A DNA stretch of 63,962 bases, counting the filler, from Licmophora abbreviata (taxonomy: Eukaryota): NCBI GenBank assembly GCA_900291995.1. It is 7 parts of 7 records of this genome, joined end to end, with 100 filler letters (N's around TTAATTAATTAA, not from the genome) between each part and the next. Parts side by side here need not be neighbours in the genome. Positions count along the whole stretch, not along the records: positions 46,496 to 54,239 come from OLMU01000187.1; positions 54,340 to 61,221 come from OLMU01000188.1; positions 61,322 to 62,439 come from OLMU01000198.1; positions 62,540 to 63,962 come from OLMU01000208.1; 3 more parts are not named here. One strand, written 5' to 3'. Under the pieces are notes generated by a model that had not been told where the DNA came from, ran no database searches, and worked only from the letters and a program-made list of their open reading frames with translations. The stretch's first letter is position 1; each line of letters starts with the position of its first letter. Of this stretch, positions 49,706 through 63,962 are shown one piece after another. A program made the translations under genes and the position numbers.

Positions 49706-50314
49706 ATCAGCGAGTCGGTTCGTACCGGTATCTTTGCATCAGTCGCGATCTGTTATCTACCCTCTTGGCGGCTTTAACAACGGGGGAACTCTCGCTCTCT
49801 ATTTCTCTCGTAAGACTTCTTTCCCTTTTGCTCCAGAAGAACCGCACTGCTCTGAGGAGACGACGCCGGCAGCAAAGCAATGCCAAACGTGGCCGGCGGT
49901 GAAATGTGTTTGTGTGGTGGATCATCATCATCTGCATGATGTGGGTCGACTCACTCGACTCGCTTGCTCGCGTCTCAGGACCTACTATCATACGCAGAGT
50001 CAGAAGTCTATGCCACTTGCGGCGATAGCATGCACCTGTACAATAGAGTGTATAGTACCTAAAGCGAAGGAAATCTTGTTTGGTACAGCATCTTGAATCT
50101 GGTGGGGCGCGCGGCCGGCCGTGACCGCATGGCGGGGTAGCTAATACCAATGCCCAGACCTAGCATCATAGGTTCGATCTTGTCGTTTTCGATGACCTGT
50201 AACATAAGAAAGGATTGCATCTATTGGATTGCCATGACCAGCTCGTCAGCAAATAGCAATGTCCCCTACGACAATCTACGACAATACTCCGTCAATCAAG
50301 CTAAACCAAAGCGC

Positions 50315-50854
50315 TTACGTCCTATTGGCCATGCGACGCTTCTGCATTCGCTCAAACTTCTTGCGCATGCGGCCCTCCTTAACCTTACGCTTCTTCTTCT
50401 CTTGAGAATTTTCAAAGTGGCGCCTGTGACGAAGCTCCATCAAATGTCCAGACTTGTTCACCTCTCGTTTGAATCGACGAAGAGCGCTCTCAATCGGTTC
50501 GCCATCTCCAACGTCCACCTTGATGCTGACTGACAGCGCCGTGCTTGTACCAACTGTGCGATAGGAAGTAGAGGACACGAGAAGAGAATGTGAGAAGGCT
50601 GCGATAGGCGTACATCGACTCAACTCATCAACCAGCATGTCGAGTATACACGGGAGACGGAAGGACACGCTGTCCTTGCAGCGACACCGCTATGAGGACC
50701 ACAAAAAATCTGTTTCCGCCGTCTCGCCCTCAGTCGTTCTACAATTTCTTCACTAACCAGTCGACTTGAAAGCGGGCAATGGAGCGAAGGCCCGGGCGTT
50801 CAATGTCACCAAGAAGGCGACCAGCAAGGACAAGAGAGCTGAAATTCGTGCCAT
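50315..50854 (-). CDS. rpsU: Plastid ribosomal protein bS21 (intron 50757-50554)
   Basis: Exon 1 MARISALLSLLVAFLVTLNARA|FAP (ASAFAP motif). Exon 2 V.VGDGEPIESALRRFKREV.KSG...ELRHRRHFE. Confidence 0.92.
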
Positions 50855-51037
50855 GGTGATGTGTTGGTTGGAAGCAGAATTGTGCGGTCAAGAAAGCGCG
50901 CGCGAGTACGTACTTTGAATGGGAATCAGGAGTTTGAGATATCTCCAATAGTAGTAGACTACCCCGCATTGGACGTGGCACAAAGCCACACAAATTCTCA
51001 GCAGTGACCGGCGGCAAAGGCGAAAACGAAGTTGACC

Positions 51038-53550
<2,513 letters not shown>

Positions 53551-53695
53551 GTGGGTATCTCATGCATGTCAACGTCACAGCAGGCTGTGGGGATGACTCT
53601 TGCTTGGCAATTCTAGTACATGTCAAGACCGATCTATTGTTCTAAAAATAACTAGTAATATGAACCGTTCCATATGGAATGCGCATTATTGATTC

Positions 53696-55200
53696 TTAGC
53701 GTCTACTAGGCGTTCGACGTCCAGTGATCGAGTGCTTCGAGACTTTTGGACGTTTGGAAGGAAGAGTCAGCTTCCGCCCCGCGCCGAGAGCGATGACCTT
53801 CCCCGCCGGTTTGTGCTTGGAGGTGGTCGATTGCGAAACGCTAGCGAACGCCACCGCCGCGCCAAAGGAGGCAGGCTTTCGCTTCTTGGGGACAATCGAC
53901 GACTTTTGCCGCGAAGCGACAATCGCGCTTTCTTCTCGTAGCTTCTGCAGCTTACTATTCCGAGGCAGACCTGCAGCGGTGGGTAACTTGTTTTGTAGGG
54001 GTCGATTGAGGATCTCTTCGTGTCGCTTAGCAGCTGGTCGAACTTTAACGATCTTTGGTCGTCCGGAGGCCAGATTCTTTCGTATCTCTCTCATTCGAGC
54101 CCCTTGCGATGCTCTTCGTTCTGTTTCTCGTTGTGACAGGACCGAAAAGAGAGCACGCCATGTGTGGCACGACTCCAGTAAGCTCAAATCTTTTTCGACG
54201 TCAACCGACGCGTCGGCACCTTCTAATTTCGGCCGTGTCNNNNNNNNNNNNNNNNNNNNNNNNNNNNNNNNNNNNNNNNNNNNTTAATTAATTAANNNNN
54301 NNNNNNNNNNNNNNNNNNNNNNNNNNNNNNNNNNNNNNNCGACGCGTCGGCACCTTCTAATTTCGGCCGTGTCGTGCTCATGTTGACTCCACTTTTCGCA
54401 GCAATGTCCTTCCACGATCGCAAGAGAACTTCCAGTCGATAGAGCGGTGTCAGAATTTCGGTACTTCCTGTCTGTAGTCCACCCAAAGGCCTAGGCTCGT
54501 GGACATCCAAGGCATGCGGGGCTGATTGTTTGCAGAAGTATTTGACAAAGGTTTTTACTTGCCTTCCGACGCCACTAGCGCGCAAGAGAGCCACATTCAT
54601 TGGTGATTCGGTCAAGACTTGAATGCATCGATCAAGAGCGAGCTCGCTCTTTTCAGATTTCTTTTCGATTTGTAGCAACCCAACCAAGTCGGCTCCTGCA
54701 CCTTCGCATCTCCGTACCAAGACTGGCCAAGGGTACATCAAAGTCGGTGGTCGCGTTAGCCCACCAGCCTTGAATCTGTACTCGACACAGGTGCTCCAAA
54801 CAAGATTGTCCGCTACAGCGGAATCCGCCAGGTGTGGATTCGTCTTTTCAATTTCGGTCAGCAATTTTTCCGAGATAGAGGGTACGAGTCTTCCACTTCC
54901 GTCAAGCCCTCCCGTCCCTGTGCTTGGCGCGGTCTTTTCGTTTCGCAATCGCACGACGGCGTCCCACGACTCTTCATCCAGCGCCTGGAAGCAAGCTGGC
55001 GGGTACCGTTCCAAGTTTGCCACGATGACGACACGGCATTGTGCTTGCAGAGTACTGGAACTAAAAGATTCGCGGGACTTGCAAGACGGCGAGTCGTCGA
55101 TGGTTTCACGGTTCTGCGTGTCTTCGCGGCTGCGCAAGCTCTGGCGGCATCGCTCGGTGGCGCAATGGGAGAAGTAGCGCCCGTCGACATCCTCCCTCAG
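53696..55200 (-). CDS. Elongin A-like protein with an internal TFIIS-N-like domain (spans a false gap; 5' end unresolved)
   Basis: BC-box-like TLQAQCRVVIVANL, LADSAVADNLVWSTCVEYRF and TWRALF..RE. TFIIS-N-like LTESPMNVALLRASGVGRQVK. A 34-nt flank overlap joins the ORFs in frame. Confidence 0.6.
54240..54339. other. Scaffold spacer; false gap
   Basis: 54206-54239 is repeated at 54340-54373. Confidence 0.97.
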
Positions 55201-55661
55201 CCCTCAAGGCGTGTTTTCCGATGCCTCACTAGGTAGTCAGCAGGCAGCAACGACGCTTCGGCCTTCTGCTGGTCTACGAGGTACTGTAACGGAGCATGCG
55301 TGTGGTGAGACTGATCTGTGATCGCGACCGTGTGGTGTGCTGTGTTAACGAAGGATGAGCCGCGGCACGCGCGGTGACAGGATTCATTCGACCGCGCTCT
55401 CTCACTCTTGCGCGTTCGGTTCGAACCTATTTTCCCGCCAAAGCGATACTCACTCGACATGCATTTCGCGACTAGGTAAGTGATTATGACTACAAGCGAA
55501 GCGTTTCGTCAATCCCCATGAATTTGGAGTAACACTTGCTTTTACAAATACTCGGCGCCGTACGACGATTGAAACTTGGGCAATGTGTAGTTCGCTTGAC
55601 GACCCTCCAAGAGACGTCAAGCTGGCAACGTATCCCATTTGACAGAAAGATAAGAGACCAA

Positions 55662-58137
55662 TCAAGCACGACGCGCAGGGCTTCCAAAGTCCTGTGGTGG
55701 CTTGATAGCCTCGATGTGGTGTAGAGAGAAGTCCTTGGCGCCTCGAGCACGAGGGGTAGCAATCTGCGCAGTGCTGAGAAGTGTATCTGCGAAACAAAGA
55801 AACACGATAAAGTGTGAATGCCGACGTCAAAGTTGGGAAGACCAACAGACTCAGTTAAGCAAGGAACCTACCGTCGGAACCAGGGGCGTCCACTGTCACT
55901 CGTGCGCGCTGCGGACCCGACCCTGTCACAACTGTCGATGCGTAAATGGGTCCACTCGATGAGGATGAAAGAGCGAACGGTGTACCAAGGTCGGTCTTCG
56001 CGAGGAATATAGTACGCAGGAATGAGTTTGAGACGGGGCAAGGAACCACCTCTCGGAGAATTCGCAACAATTTCCCTACTCACCTTGGAGCCCATCGACG
56101 TGGAATACGTCGCGATTGAGGGAAGGGACTTAAACGAAACTCTCTGTGAAGAATGGGTAGCGATATCGACCCCCCTTCTGGTGACCGATGAATCCAGATC
56201 GGAGCTTGCGCATGAGTGACGCAGAGACGAAATGAGTCCAGGATTTGAAAGCTGCTGTTGCGATAAAGTTGAATCCGAAGAGTGAAACGACGGATTACGC
56301 AACAAATTTTGTGCAGTCTCAATCCCACGATGCGGCGTGCTTAGACTCCCAAGCGAGTAAGGGGTGAAGCCTTTTCCCATTCCAAGCATTGGAGATGGTC
56401 CGAAAGGACTGAACGGCATGTCTTTGTAAGCCGACGGTGGTCCCGGAGTATGGCACGATCCAATGTCTGGCGGACTCTCTCCAGCATACGGAAACGACAT
56501 TCCGGGATTCGCTGCGAAAAAGCAACAATCCGACAGTGTAAGAACAGAAGAGAGAGGTGCAAATCCAGATCAAACGCAGTGCATGAACTCACGCGTATTC
56601 ACGAGAGGTTGCCAGTCTCGGGACGATGATAGCGGCGACGGTCGAAGGCGAGCTTGCTGTGCAGCAGAAGCAGCCACCAGTGCATCCAGTGCGACATTTC
56701 TTCCCGCACTGGTTGGCCTACCGGCGACAAACGGCATGACCATCGGTGAAGGGGCTGCCCAGTTCATCGACGTCCTTCGCGCATCAGGCATGCTCATCGT
56801 CTGATTCGTGCCTTTGCTTGGGCCAGCATATGGCTTCAGTTGGTAGAGCTTCGAGTGAAAGAAAGGCGGCAAATTCGATCGCTCCTCGGGATTGAGATTG
56901 AGTTCGTCGAGTGCTTCGGTTGTCATTCGGTCCGCAACACCCTGTTGTTCTGCCAAGCGACGTCGCTCCAAGGCCGACAAGTACATCCCGCTGATATAAC
57001 CACCTCGAAGTTCCGACAAATAAAACCGGAGAGCTGATCGGTCACTGTCGCTGGGCTTGGGAGAGAAGACTCGCAGTCGCTTGTGCTTGGATTCTCCTTT
57101 GGATGGAGTAAGCGGGCTTGGAAACGACGATGACGAACCAAACACGCTGACAAGCTTGCTGTCGATGATGTTCTTGGTCTGATCGCCCCGGGATTTTCGA
57201 CGGGATCTTGAAGACGAACCGTCCTTGTACTGACTAGGTGCCGGCTGACGTACAGCTTGAAGGCATCCAACGACGTCGTCTCCAATGAGGTACCGGTTGT
57301 TCTCGTCATAGATAGTGTTCTTGCCGCCGATGTTTTTGTCGTGTATATACTTTTGCAGCTTTCGTTTCATAGAGGAGTTCCAATGATTCTTAATGGCATT
57401 GTCGGTCCTTCCCGGCAAGTACTTGGCTATCTCAGCCCACTTGTTGCCAATGGCTTGATGCGCCTCGAGGATCTTTCTATCCTCCTCCTCCGACCACGGC
57501 AGCTTGCAGATGTCCGGATTTAGGTGATTGTGCCATCGCTCTCGACACTGCTTTCCGATACGTCCTTTCAAATCAAGACAAAGCGCAAGTTAGTCATGCG
57601 ACTTCAGTAAAGAACGGCGTCGTCGACGCAGAAAGAACGATACTACCTACCAGGTAACTCTGCCGCAATCTGGCTCCACCGTCTTGGTCCATTGACCCTG
57701 ACAAGCGCAATAATCTTTTCGTCCTCTTCACTGGTCCAAGGGCCCTTGATCGCCACAGCCTTTTCCTTTCCACGAGCACCTCCTGTAAGCTTGTTGTAGC
57801 GTCGCATGCACTCGGCACTGGTGTGTCCTGCCCAGAGACGACTCGCCACCAGCGACCAGTCGACGTCGCGTAAAGTATCTTTGGGCATACCTTCTTTCTC
57901 TCGTGCGGCAAACTGCGACGCCGCTGCCTGATTGTGCCTGGCTAGTTCGGCTTCGGACAAGTCAGAGACAATGTGGATCAGTCTCTGGTCCTCCGCAGGG
58001 CTCCAGCGCGCACCTGCCGACGAGATGAGCGGCATGCTGTGAATGGGAGCTTGGGATGGCAAAGGAGAGTAGTGAGCCCCATCTGGAAAGAACGAAGCAT
58101 TCGACGGTGGACTTGGGTTTCCTTCGTTCCAGTTCAT
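55662..58137 (-). CDS. Three-repeat MYB transcription factor (about 5 exons)
   Basis: R1 WSPAED..DWSLVA..ECMRRY. R2 [30 protein letters not shown]3 [29 protein letters not shown]. Downstream exons inferred from GT-AG pairs, ending at TGA 55664-55662. Confidence 0.88.
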
Positions 58138-58626
58138 GGTGGAGGAGATGGATTGTGACGAAGGAAGATACCGCAGGTCCTCGAGAGTTTTGATCGTGTG
58201 AAAACGTAGTTGGCTCACAGCTCGTTGAAGAAGCGACAGTCGACAGTCGACAGTTCACACTTTCGAAAAGATCAGTCTCGGTCAACAGCGGTGAAGGCAG
58301 GCAGCGTCGTCGTGTCGACCAACCACCATGGATCAGCCGCAGCAGTCTGGCGCCTTTTTCGTGCTCTGGTGAGAAAAATGATGACACTGGGAGATTTGAA
58401 TCGCGGCAGCCGGGATTTGAAATCGCCGAACGGTCCGGACGGCTCATAAGTATCGACTTATGACTGGTCATTCTCATGACCGATTATACAATATTCATTG
58501 TTGTATATCCGATAGCGAGATTTCCTACGACAGTTGTGGTACAAGTTCGCGTAGCCAACTCCCGCCGCCACGACGTCGCAGCCAAAAGCACTTTTCACTT
58601 TAGCCCATGGCAGAGACAGCGGCACA

Positions 58627-59697
58627 ATGACATCGACTGCTGCTCCATCTACGGCGCCCAATGCGGCGAAGCAGGGCCCCATGTACATTGATACACAGCA
58701 TGATGACATGGTACACGACGCACAGCTCGATTATTACGGATGCAAGCTCGCGACGTCTTCCTCCGGTAAGACCGACACTCAGAGCACGACGCTAGAAAAC
58801 CAGTGTGCGCTGCAGTGACTCCTGTCGACGACGCGTGGAATGGACTTTCTTACGACACTCTCTCCCCTCACGTATGCAGACCGAACCATCAAGATTTACA
58901 ATGTCTCAGGAACTAGCTATGAACATGCATCGACGCTCCAGGGCCACGAAGGACCCGTCTGGCAAGTCTCCTGGGCGCACCCGAAGTTTGGCGTCATTCT
59001 TGCATCCTGTTCGTTCGACGGCTCTGTCTTGATTCATCGCGAGACCCGTCCTCGTGAGTGGGCTCTCCTCTATGCGGCACGTGCTTTGCACGAGAGTTCC
59101 ATAAACGGAATTGCCTTTGCACCGCATGAATTCGGTCTCATGTTGGCGGCGGCTAGCTCAGATGGCAAGGTGTCTGTACTCACGCACCAGCCAGACAATA
59201 CCTGGTCCACTGAATACATTCGCGACAATGCGCTCGGAGTCAATGCGGTCAGCTGGGCACCCTACAGTGCCTACTATGATACGGCCAATCCGGACCAACC
59301 ACAGTCGCCTCGCCTTGTTACGGGCGGATGTGACAATCGCATTCGATTCTGGACCAAGAACACGGACCGGCAGTGGGAGGAAGACACGTCGGCAGTCCTC
59401 TCCAAGTCGTTGTCACACACGGACTGGGTGCGCGACGTAGCGTGGGCTCCGTCGGTACTGCCCAATACCAATATCATTGCATCTTGCTCCGAAGATCGCA
59501 CCGTCTTGGTTTGGACGCAGAATGGACGAGACGCGGAATGGAAGCCCACGCTGCTCAACACCTTTGACGCTCCTGTTTGGAGACTCAGCTGGAGTGTCAC
59601 TGGACACATGCTCGCGGTCAGCAGTGGAGATAAAGATGTGACTCTGTGGAAGGCTGGGCTTGACGGAACATGGATCAAAATGACGACGGTGGAGTGA
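58627..59697 (+). CDS. SEC13: COPII/nuclear pore WD40 protein Sec13 (intron 58766-58879)
   Basis: Motifs HDAQLDYYG.KLATSSSD|RTIKI, GHEGPVWQVSWAHPKFG, HTDWVRDVAWAP and VWRLSWSVTG. Confidence 0.96.
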
Positions 59698-59842
59698 AAG
59701 CTTCGACTGCATCGTGCAATGCAGTAAGTACTAGATCATAGCTAGCAGACTTTGGTCAAACGAGGCTAACTTAGTGATGCAGTAGACGACACTTTCCAAT
59801 CTTTGACAATCATACACTTCTTTCGCTCCAAAATTGACGTAA

Positions 59843-61077
59843 TCATGGCGTTGGAAGCTCGGCGTTGGAGCGACGCTTCGAACTTCGGGGAACTGTGAGC
59901 CCCGAGTACGAGCTCATCATTGGTCGCGACGGAGGCAGATAGTCCTGTGTGTGCGCTTGCGCACTCTCAAGGCCGTGATGTCCGCTCATGCCCGTGCGAA
60001 AGTCAATCGACTGTGACGCCGGTCGGCCATGGCGTTTCCGCCACGCTCGAGCACCCGCAGAAAGTACGCTGGGTGAAGGAGGATCCGTCGCGTCAGCCGG
60101 AAGAGCCGGCGCTGAGGTCTGCCCAGCGTGACTCAGAACGTCAAACAGAGTGTCCGGAATGCAGAGTCCACTCAAGGTCGAGTCCAGTGCTGGTGGAGTT
60201 TCCGACCGGTGGAGTTCTACTGGTTTCGCTGTTGTGTTCTCCCCATCGGCGTCTTCTTGCTGGTCTTCATGTGATGCGACGGCACTGTCGGTCAGGCCGA
60301 GGGATTCCAGGGCTACTTGTGCATCTCCAAATGTATCGGCGGGAATGACGGTCAGGTCTTCATCGTTGATAAGTGACGTTTGCAGATCGCTCATCAGTCC
60401 AACGAAGTGAGTATCGACTTTACTTTGCTCGCGACTGAGCGCTTTCCGTCGCATGGATAGCGCCCGCAGCATGGCCTCGAGCTTGCATGCCTTGTCGACG
60501 GATGCGGTGACTGGGTAGCCAAACCAATGGGACAGTTTAACGGTTAGCCTCGCGAGTCAAGTCGAACTGTAGGAACCTCCAGTACACGAGATGACTTACT
60601 CTTTACAATGCCATTGTTTCTGGTTCGAACAAAACCGTAGCCGCGAGCGAGCTTTGCCCAGCCGTCATCGAGCGACACAATCTGCACTCGATCCCCGCAG
60701 TTTAACTTGGCCGGAGAAAGCTCTTTGGTCCCCATTTTCTGGACGGCTTCTTCTTCGGAGTTTGTATCAAGCGTTTGATCAAGATAGAAAAACCGAACTA
60801 ATGTATCAACGTCTTCGTGAGATGCTGTCGCCGGACCATGCGAGCAGCCCTCCGCTGGCCGACTGGGGTAGATCTGTCGTCCGTTCTTGTCAGCAACTAC
60901 ATATGTTCCGCAGGCTCCTGCAGCGACAGAGAAAGCGGCCTTGATCTTTTCAGTCTCATCGTCGCTTTCTTCCTCGTCTACCAGAGTTCCATTTCTGCTA
61001 ATAGTCAGAGAAGCATCTGAAGGCGACTCTGGGGTCGGCTTCTTTCTCGCGGCATGTTCCGTAGCCATTTCGGTCGC
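59843..61077 (-). CDS. Hypothetical protein with an SH3-like segment and coiled coil; 5' exons beyond the gap (intron 60599-60511)
   Basis: LNCGDRVQIVSLDDGWAKLARGYGFV (SH3b-like). In-frame splice to ITASVDKACKLEAML. Confidence 0.6.
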
Positions 61078-61154
61078 CTTTGTTAGAGAACAAATTCATA
61101 TTTAGGAATACCAGATGAGACGGTGTTTGACTCGAATGGAAGTGAAGCGCAATC

Positions 61155-61156
<2 letters not shown>

Positions 61157-61221
<65 letters not shown>
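61157..61221 (+). repeat. (CA)n microsatellite, at least 32 units, ending at a contig break
   Basis: Directly visible. Confidence 0.98.
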
Positions 61222-61321
61222 NNNNNNNNNNNNNNNNNNNNNNNNNNNNNNNNNNNNNNNNNNNNTTAATTAATTAANNNNNNNNNNNNNNNNNNNNNNN
61301 NNNNNNNNNNNNNNNNNNNNN
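61222..61321. other. Scaffold spacer with stop-codon linker
   Basis: 44N-TTAATTAATTAA-44N. Confidence 0.97.
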
Positions 61322-62335
61322 TCCAACGAAGGCCTGTCCATCCCTGCGCCTCTCTTTGTCACCTGGTACCAGTGCATCGTCACTGTTTTCATCTGCTGGG
61401 TCGCTGGAAAGTGCGGAGAGCGGGCTCAAGCCTCCGCCGACGGATACTCCGCCGTCAGTACTACCGACGGCCCGCACGTCCACAAGACCAAGCCTTCTTT
61501 CTTCGCACAGTTCCCCAAGGCCGAGTACCTGCTTTCGGTAGCCAAGAAGATCTTCCCGCTCAGTATTGTCTTCGTCGGCATGATTACCTTCAACAATCTG
61601 TGCCTCAAGTGGGTCGAAGTCTCCTTCTACAACGTCGCACGATCCCTCACAATCGTCTTCAACGTCTTCTTCTCCCGGATGCTTCTCGGAATTCCCACGT
61701 CGGGAAAGACTATTCTCTGTCTCGGAGTTGTCGTCATTGGCTTCCTCATGGGAAGTCAGGGGGAGCTCAATTTCTCTGCCAAGGGAACTGTCGCCGGCAT
61801 CTGCTCTTCCTTGTTTGTCTCGCTCAACTCCATATTCACCAAGAAGGTCCTGCCCGCCGTCGACGACAACCACTGGAAGCTCACCTTCTACAACAACGTC
61901 AACGCATGTGTTCTCTTCATTCCTCTTGTTCTTTATTTTGAATTTGATATCATCGCCAGCTCTGTCGACGCTCAGCTCGTCAGCAGCGCATTTTGGTCTG
62001 CCATGACGGTGGCTGGATTCTTTGGATTCTCCATCGGTATCGTCACTGTCCTACAAATCAAGGCTACCAGTCCCCTGTCGCACAACATTAGTGGTACAGC
62101 CAAGGCTGCCGTTCAGTCCATGATGGCATTCTACATCTGGGGGAACCAAGCGACACTTCTCGGTGTCTTGGGTATCTTCACCGTCCTCGGGGGCAGTCTG
62201 CTCTACACATTGGTCAAGATGAGCGAGAGCAAGCAAGCGATGGCAGCAACGGCCGCCTCGCCTGCACCGTCGCGTGAGAATTCCACTCGTAATATGGATA
62301 CCGAGATGCCTTCAAAGCAGCAACAGCAGGTGTGA
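61322..62335 (+). CDS. SLC35C1: GDP-fucose transporter (SLC35C1-like), 5' end in gap
   Basis: Motifs PAPLFVTWYQC, GMITFNNLCLK.V.VSFYNVARSLT and QIKATSPLSHNISGTAKA. Confidence 0.9.
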   Translation, partial: SNEGLSIPAPLFVTWYQCIVTVFICWVAGKCGERAQASADGYSAVSTTDGPHVHKTKPSFFAQFPKAEYLLSVAKKIFPLSIVFVGMITFNNLCLKWVEVSFYNVARSLTIVFNVFFSRMLLGIPTSGKTILCLGVVVIGFLMGSQGELNFSAKGTVAGICSSLFVSLNSIFTKKVLPAVDDNHWKLTFYNNVNACVLFIPLVLYFEFDIIASSVDAQLVSSAFWSAMTVAGFFGFSIGIVTVLQIKATSPLSHNISGTAKAAVQSMMAFYIWGNQATLLGVLGIFTVLGGSLLYTLVKMSESKQAMAATAASPAPSRENSTRNMDTEMPSKQQQQV

Positions 62336-62439
62336 ATGGTTGGTGTGTATGATGCTATGGTTCTAGCGCCGGCGTGTGCGAGTGTGGGCACCTTGTCGTT
62401 TCGTTTGCAACGCGACTCTCATGCTTGACTGTCGTCATT

Positions 62440-62539
62440 NNNNNNNNNNNNNNNNNNNNNNNNNNNNNNNNNNNNNNNNNNNNTTAATTAATTAANNNNN
62501 NNNNNNNNNNNNNNNNNNNNNNNNNNNNNNNNNNNNNNN
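62440..62539. other. Scaffold spacer with stop-codon linker
   Basis: 44N-TTAATTAATTAA-44N. Confidence 0.97.
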
Positions 62540-62603
62540 GTGGTCTGCCCACGTTCATTCGCCAATAGCTTGCCTCCTACTTTGATGTTTATCCTTAGCG
62601 CGT

Positions 62604-63886
62604 CTATTTTCCTAGATTCTGTAGCTTGAAGACTTTTTCTTGTAGGGCTGAAGGCCACTGAACTGTCTCAGCGAGGAACTTCTCTTGCTTGAATCTGCTA
62701 CACGACACCTCAAACGGTCCCGGCAGATCGTCGATACTAAACTTGAGCTGGTCCGGTTTCTTTGCCAATTCGCCAAGCTTCTTGTTTCGAGCCTGTGCAT
62801 CCACTTCTAGCTGTTCAAGCCGCACACAGGCGTCTGCTAACTGTGTCTCGGCGGCCCCGCGATCTTTCGTTTCCCATAACAGACTCGCAAGCGCAACTCG
62901 GCCCTCGCCCTCCTTCGTAATCACGCGTTGCAGCAAGTCTATATCTCTCCCTTCCACACTCGTTGTCTTCTTTATAGAGTTCTGAAGGACAGCCTTGGCA
63001 TCTTCCGGTTTTCCAGCGGCAGCCAAGTCGATGCCTGCATCAATGGCCGAGATGACTGACCTGGCCCTATCGCCGACGTCGGCAAACGCCTCAGAAGCTA
63101 GCATATGCGCTTCCGACGCCTTCTGCAGAGAGCCAGCTTTTCGTAAGCTAGATCCCCATTCCCAGGCAGCATATGGGTTGCGAGCTGCTCCATCTTCCAC
63201 GCGTTCATCTTCCGTATCCCACTCTTCGCCAGACGACAGGTAAAACGAGAGCTTGTAGTCTTTTGCAGCTTGCTGCGCGCGCTCCTTTGTGAACATATCG
63301 GCCTGACTGCGAATGGCACGAGCCCTGCCAAGACTATGATAAAAGCACACGACATACACTTGGTAAGGAAGCTGAGAGGCAGAGGATAACTACACGAGCG
63401 TTCACAAACTTACGTCGCAGATGGCAGCTCGGCGGGATCAGCTAGACTTCCACCCGGTCCCTGGAGCAATTCGAGGGCCACGGTATAGTCCTGTTCGGCC
63501 TTGGCGGCGTCCAAAAGAGCCATGTAGCAATCTCCCCTCACACGATATAGCGCCGCCTTTTCATCTGGCGGTTGCTCACTCCAAGCCAGAATAGCGTCCG
63601 TGAGTAGAGTGGAGGCCTTTTCGAGGTTTCTGTCAACGCCATAGAACGTGGCCATGGCTTCTCGAAGCAACTGGATGTCTTTGGATGAAGGAGGCGCTGT
63701 CGTCGCTGCCTGAGCGGGCGAGACAAGCAGAAAGTTGCGGATGCCAGACAGCAGGGGGAGGTTGGCGGGAGGCGCGGCGGGTTGAACTGTCGCATGCCGC
63801 TCCAAAACCATCAACGCCGATTGAGGCGGTGGAGGTTCCGGTACGTGCGCAATGAATGCAGCGACCGTCCAAGGTATAAACTTCAT
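62604..63886 (-). CDS. TPR-like helical protein, possibly plastid/lumen-targeted (intron 63413-63334)
   Basis: AALYRVRGDCYMAL...AEQDYTVALEL TPR unit. In-frame splice. PAQA|A possible cleavage site. Confidence 0.6.
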
Positions 63887-63962
63887 GGTCAGAAGGTGGA
63901 ATGTGTCAATGCGCTACTAGACTATGCAGGGGGGTGTTGCACTGTCATGCCAGTTTTCTTTG

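Noticed and set aside
50554..50757. 204-nt rpsU intron with GAGACGG/CCGTCTC and AAGGACA/TGTCCTT stems
   Set aside because: No snoRNA boxes or cassette exon were recognised, and short stems are common at this GC content.
60998..61219. ORF with a poly(CV) N-terminus
   Set aside because: It is the translation of the (CA)n microsatellite, which probably lies in an intron.

Overview
Gene-dense eukaryotic nuclear DNA, about 50% GC, with short GT-AG introns and several bipartite signal-plus-transit peptides (ASAF-type). It is most consistent with a diatom, probably a pennate. It is a draft scaffold with six 100-nt N spacers, each carrying a TTAATTAATTAA linker. At least two spacers are false gaps whose flanks overlap. 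About 30 genes are present: BSD protein, VDR, a giant seven-module LRR/Cys-rich surface protein, a glucosidase II beta-like fragment, SLC33A1, a SERP1/RAMP4 gene missed by the ORF track, HisD, fused LeuC-LeuD, GH36/Sip1, plastid PheRS-alpha fused to a tRNA-binding domain, a lumen protein, a karyopherin-like HEAT protein, TatD, TPR proteins, a COG0523 GTPase, a CGL160-guanylate-kinase-like fusion, a PrsW-like protease, DHFR-TS, a signal-peptide proteasome alpha, plastid S21, DBP2, Elongin A-like, 3R-MYB, SEC13 and a GDP-fucose transporter. The best lead is the 610-nt structured intron in DBP2. It hides a candidate poison exon that begins with an in-frame TGA, and both of its splice sites sit in hairpins, suggesting helicase autoregulation. 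Other leads are the giant LRR protein, three unusual domain fusions or insertions, and a long SERP1 intron with antisense matches flanking the 18S helix-34 ac4C site. All gene identities come from motif recognition by eye, not from database searches.
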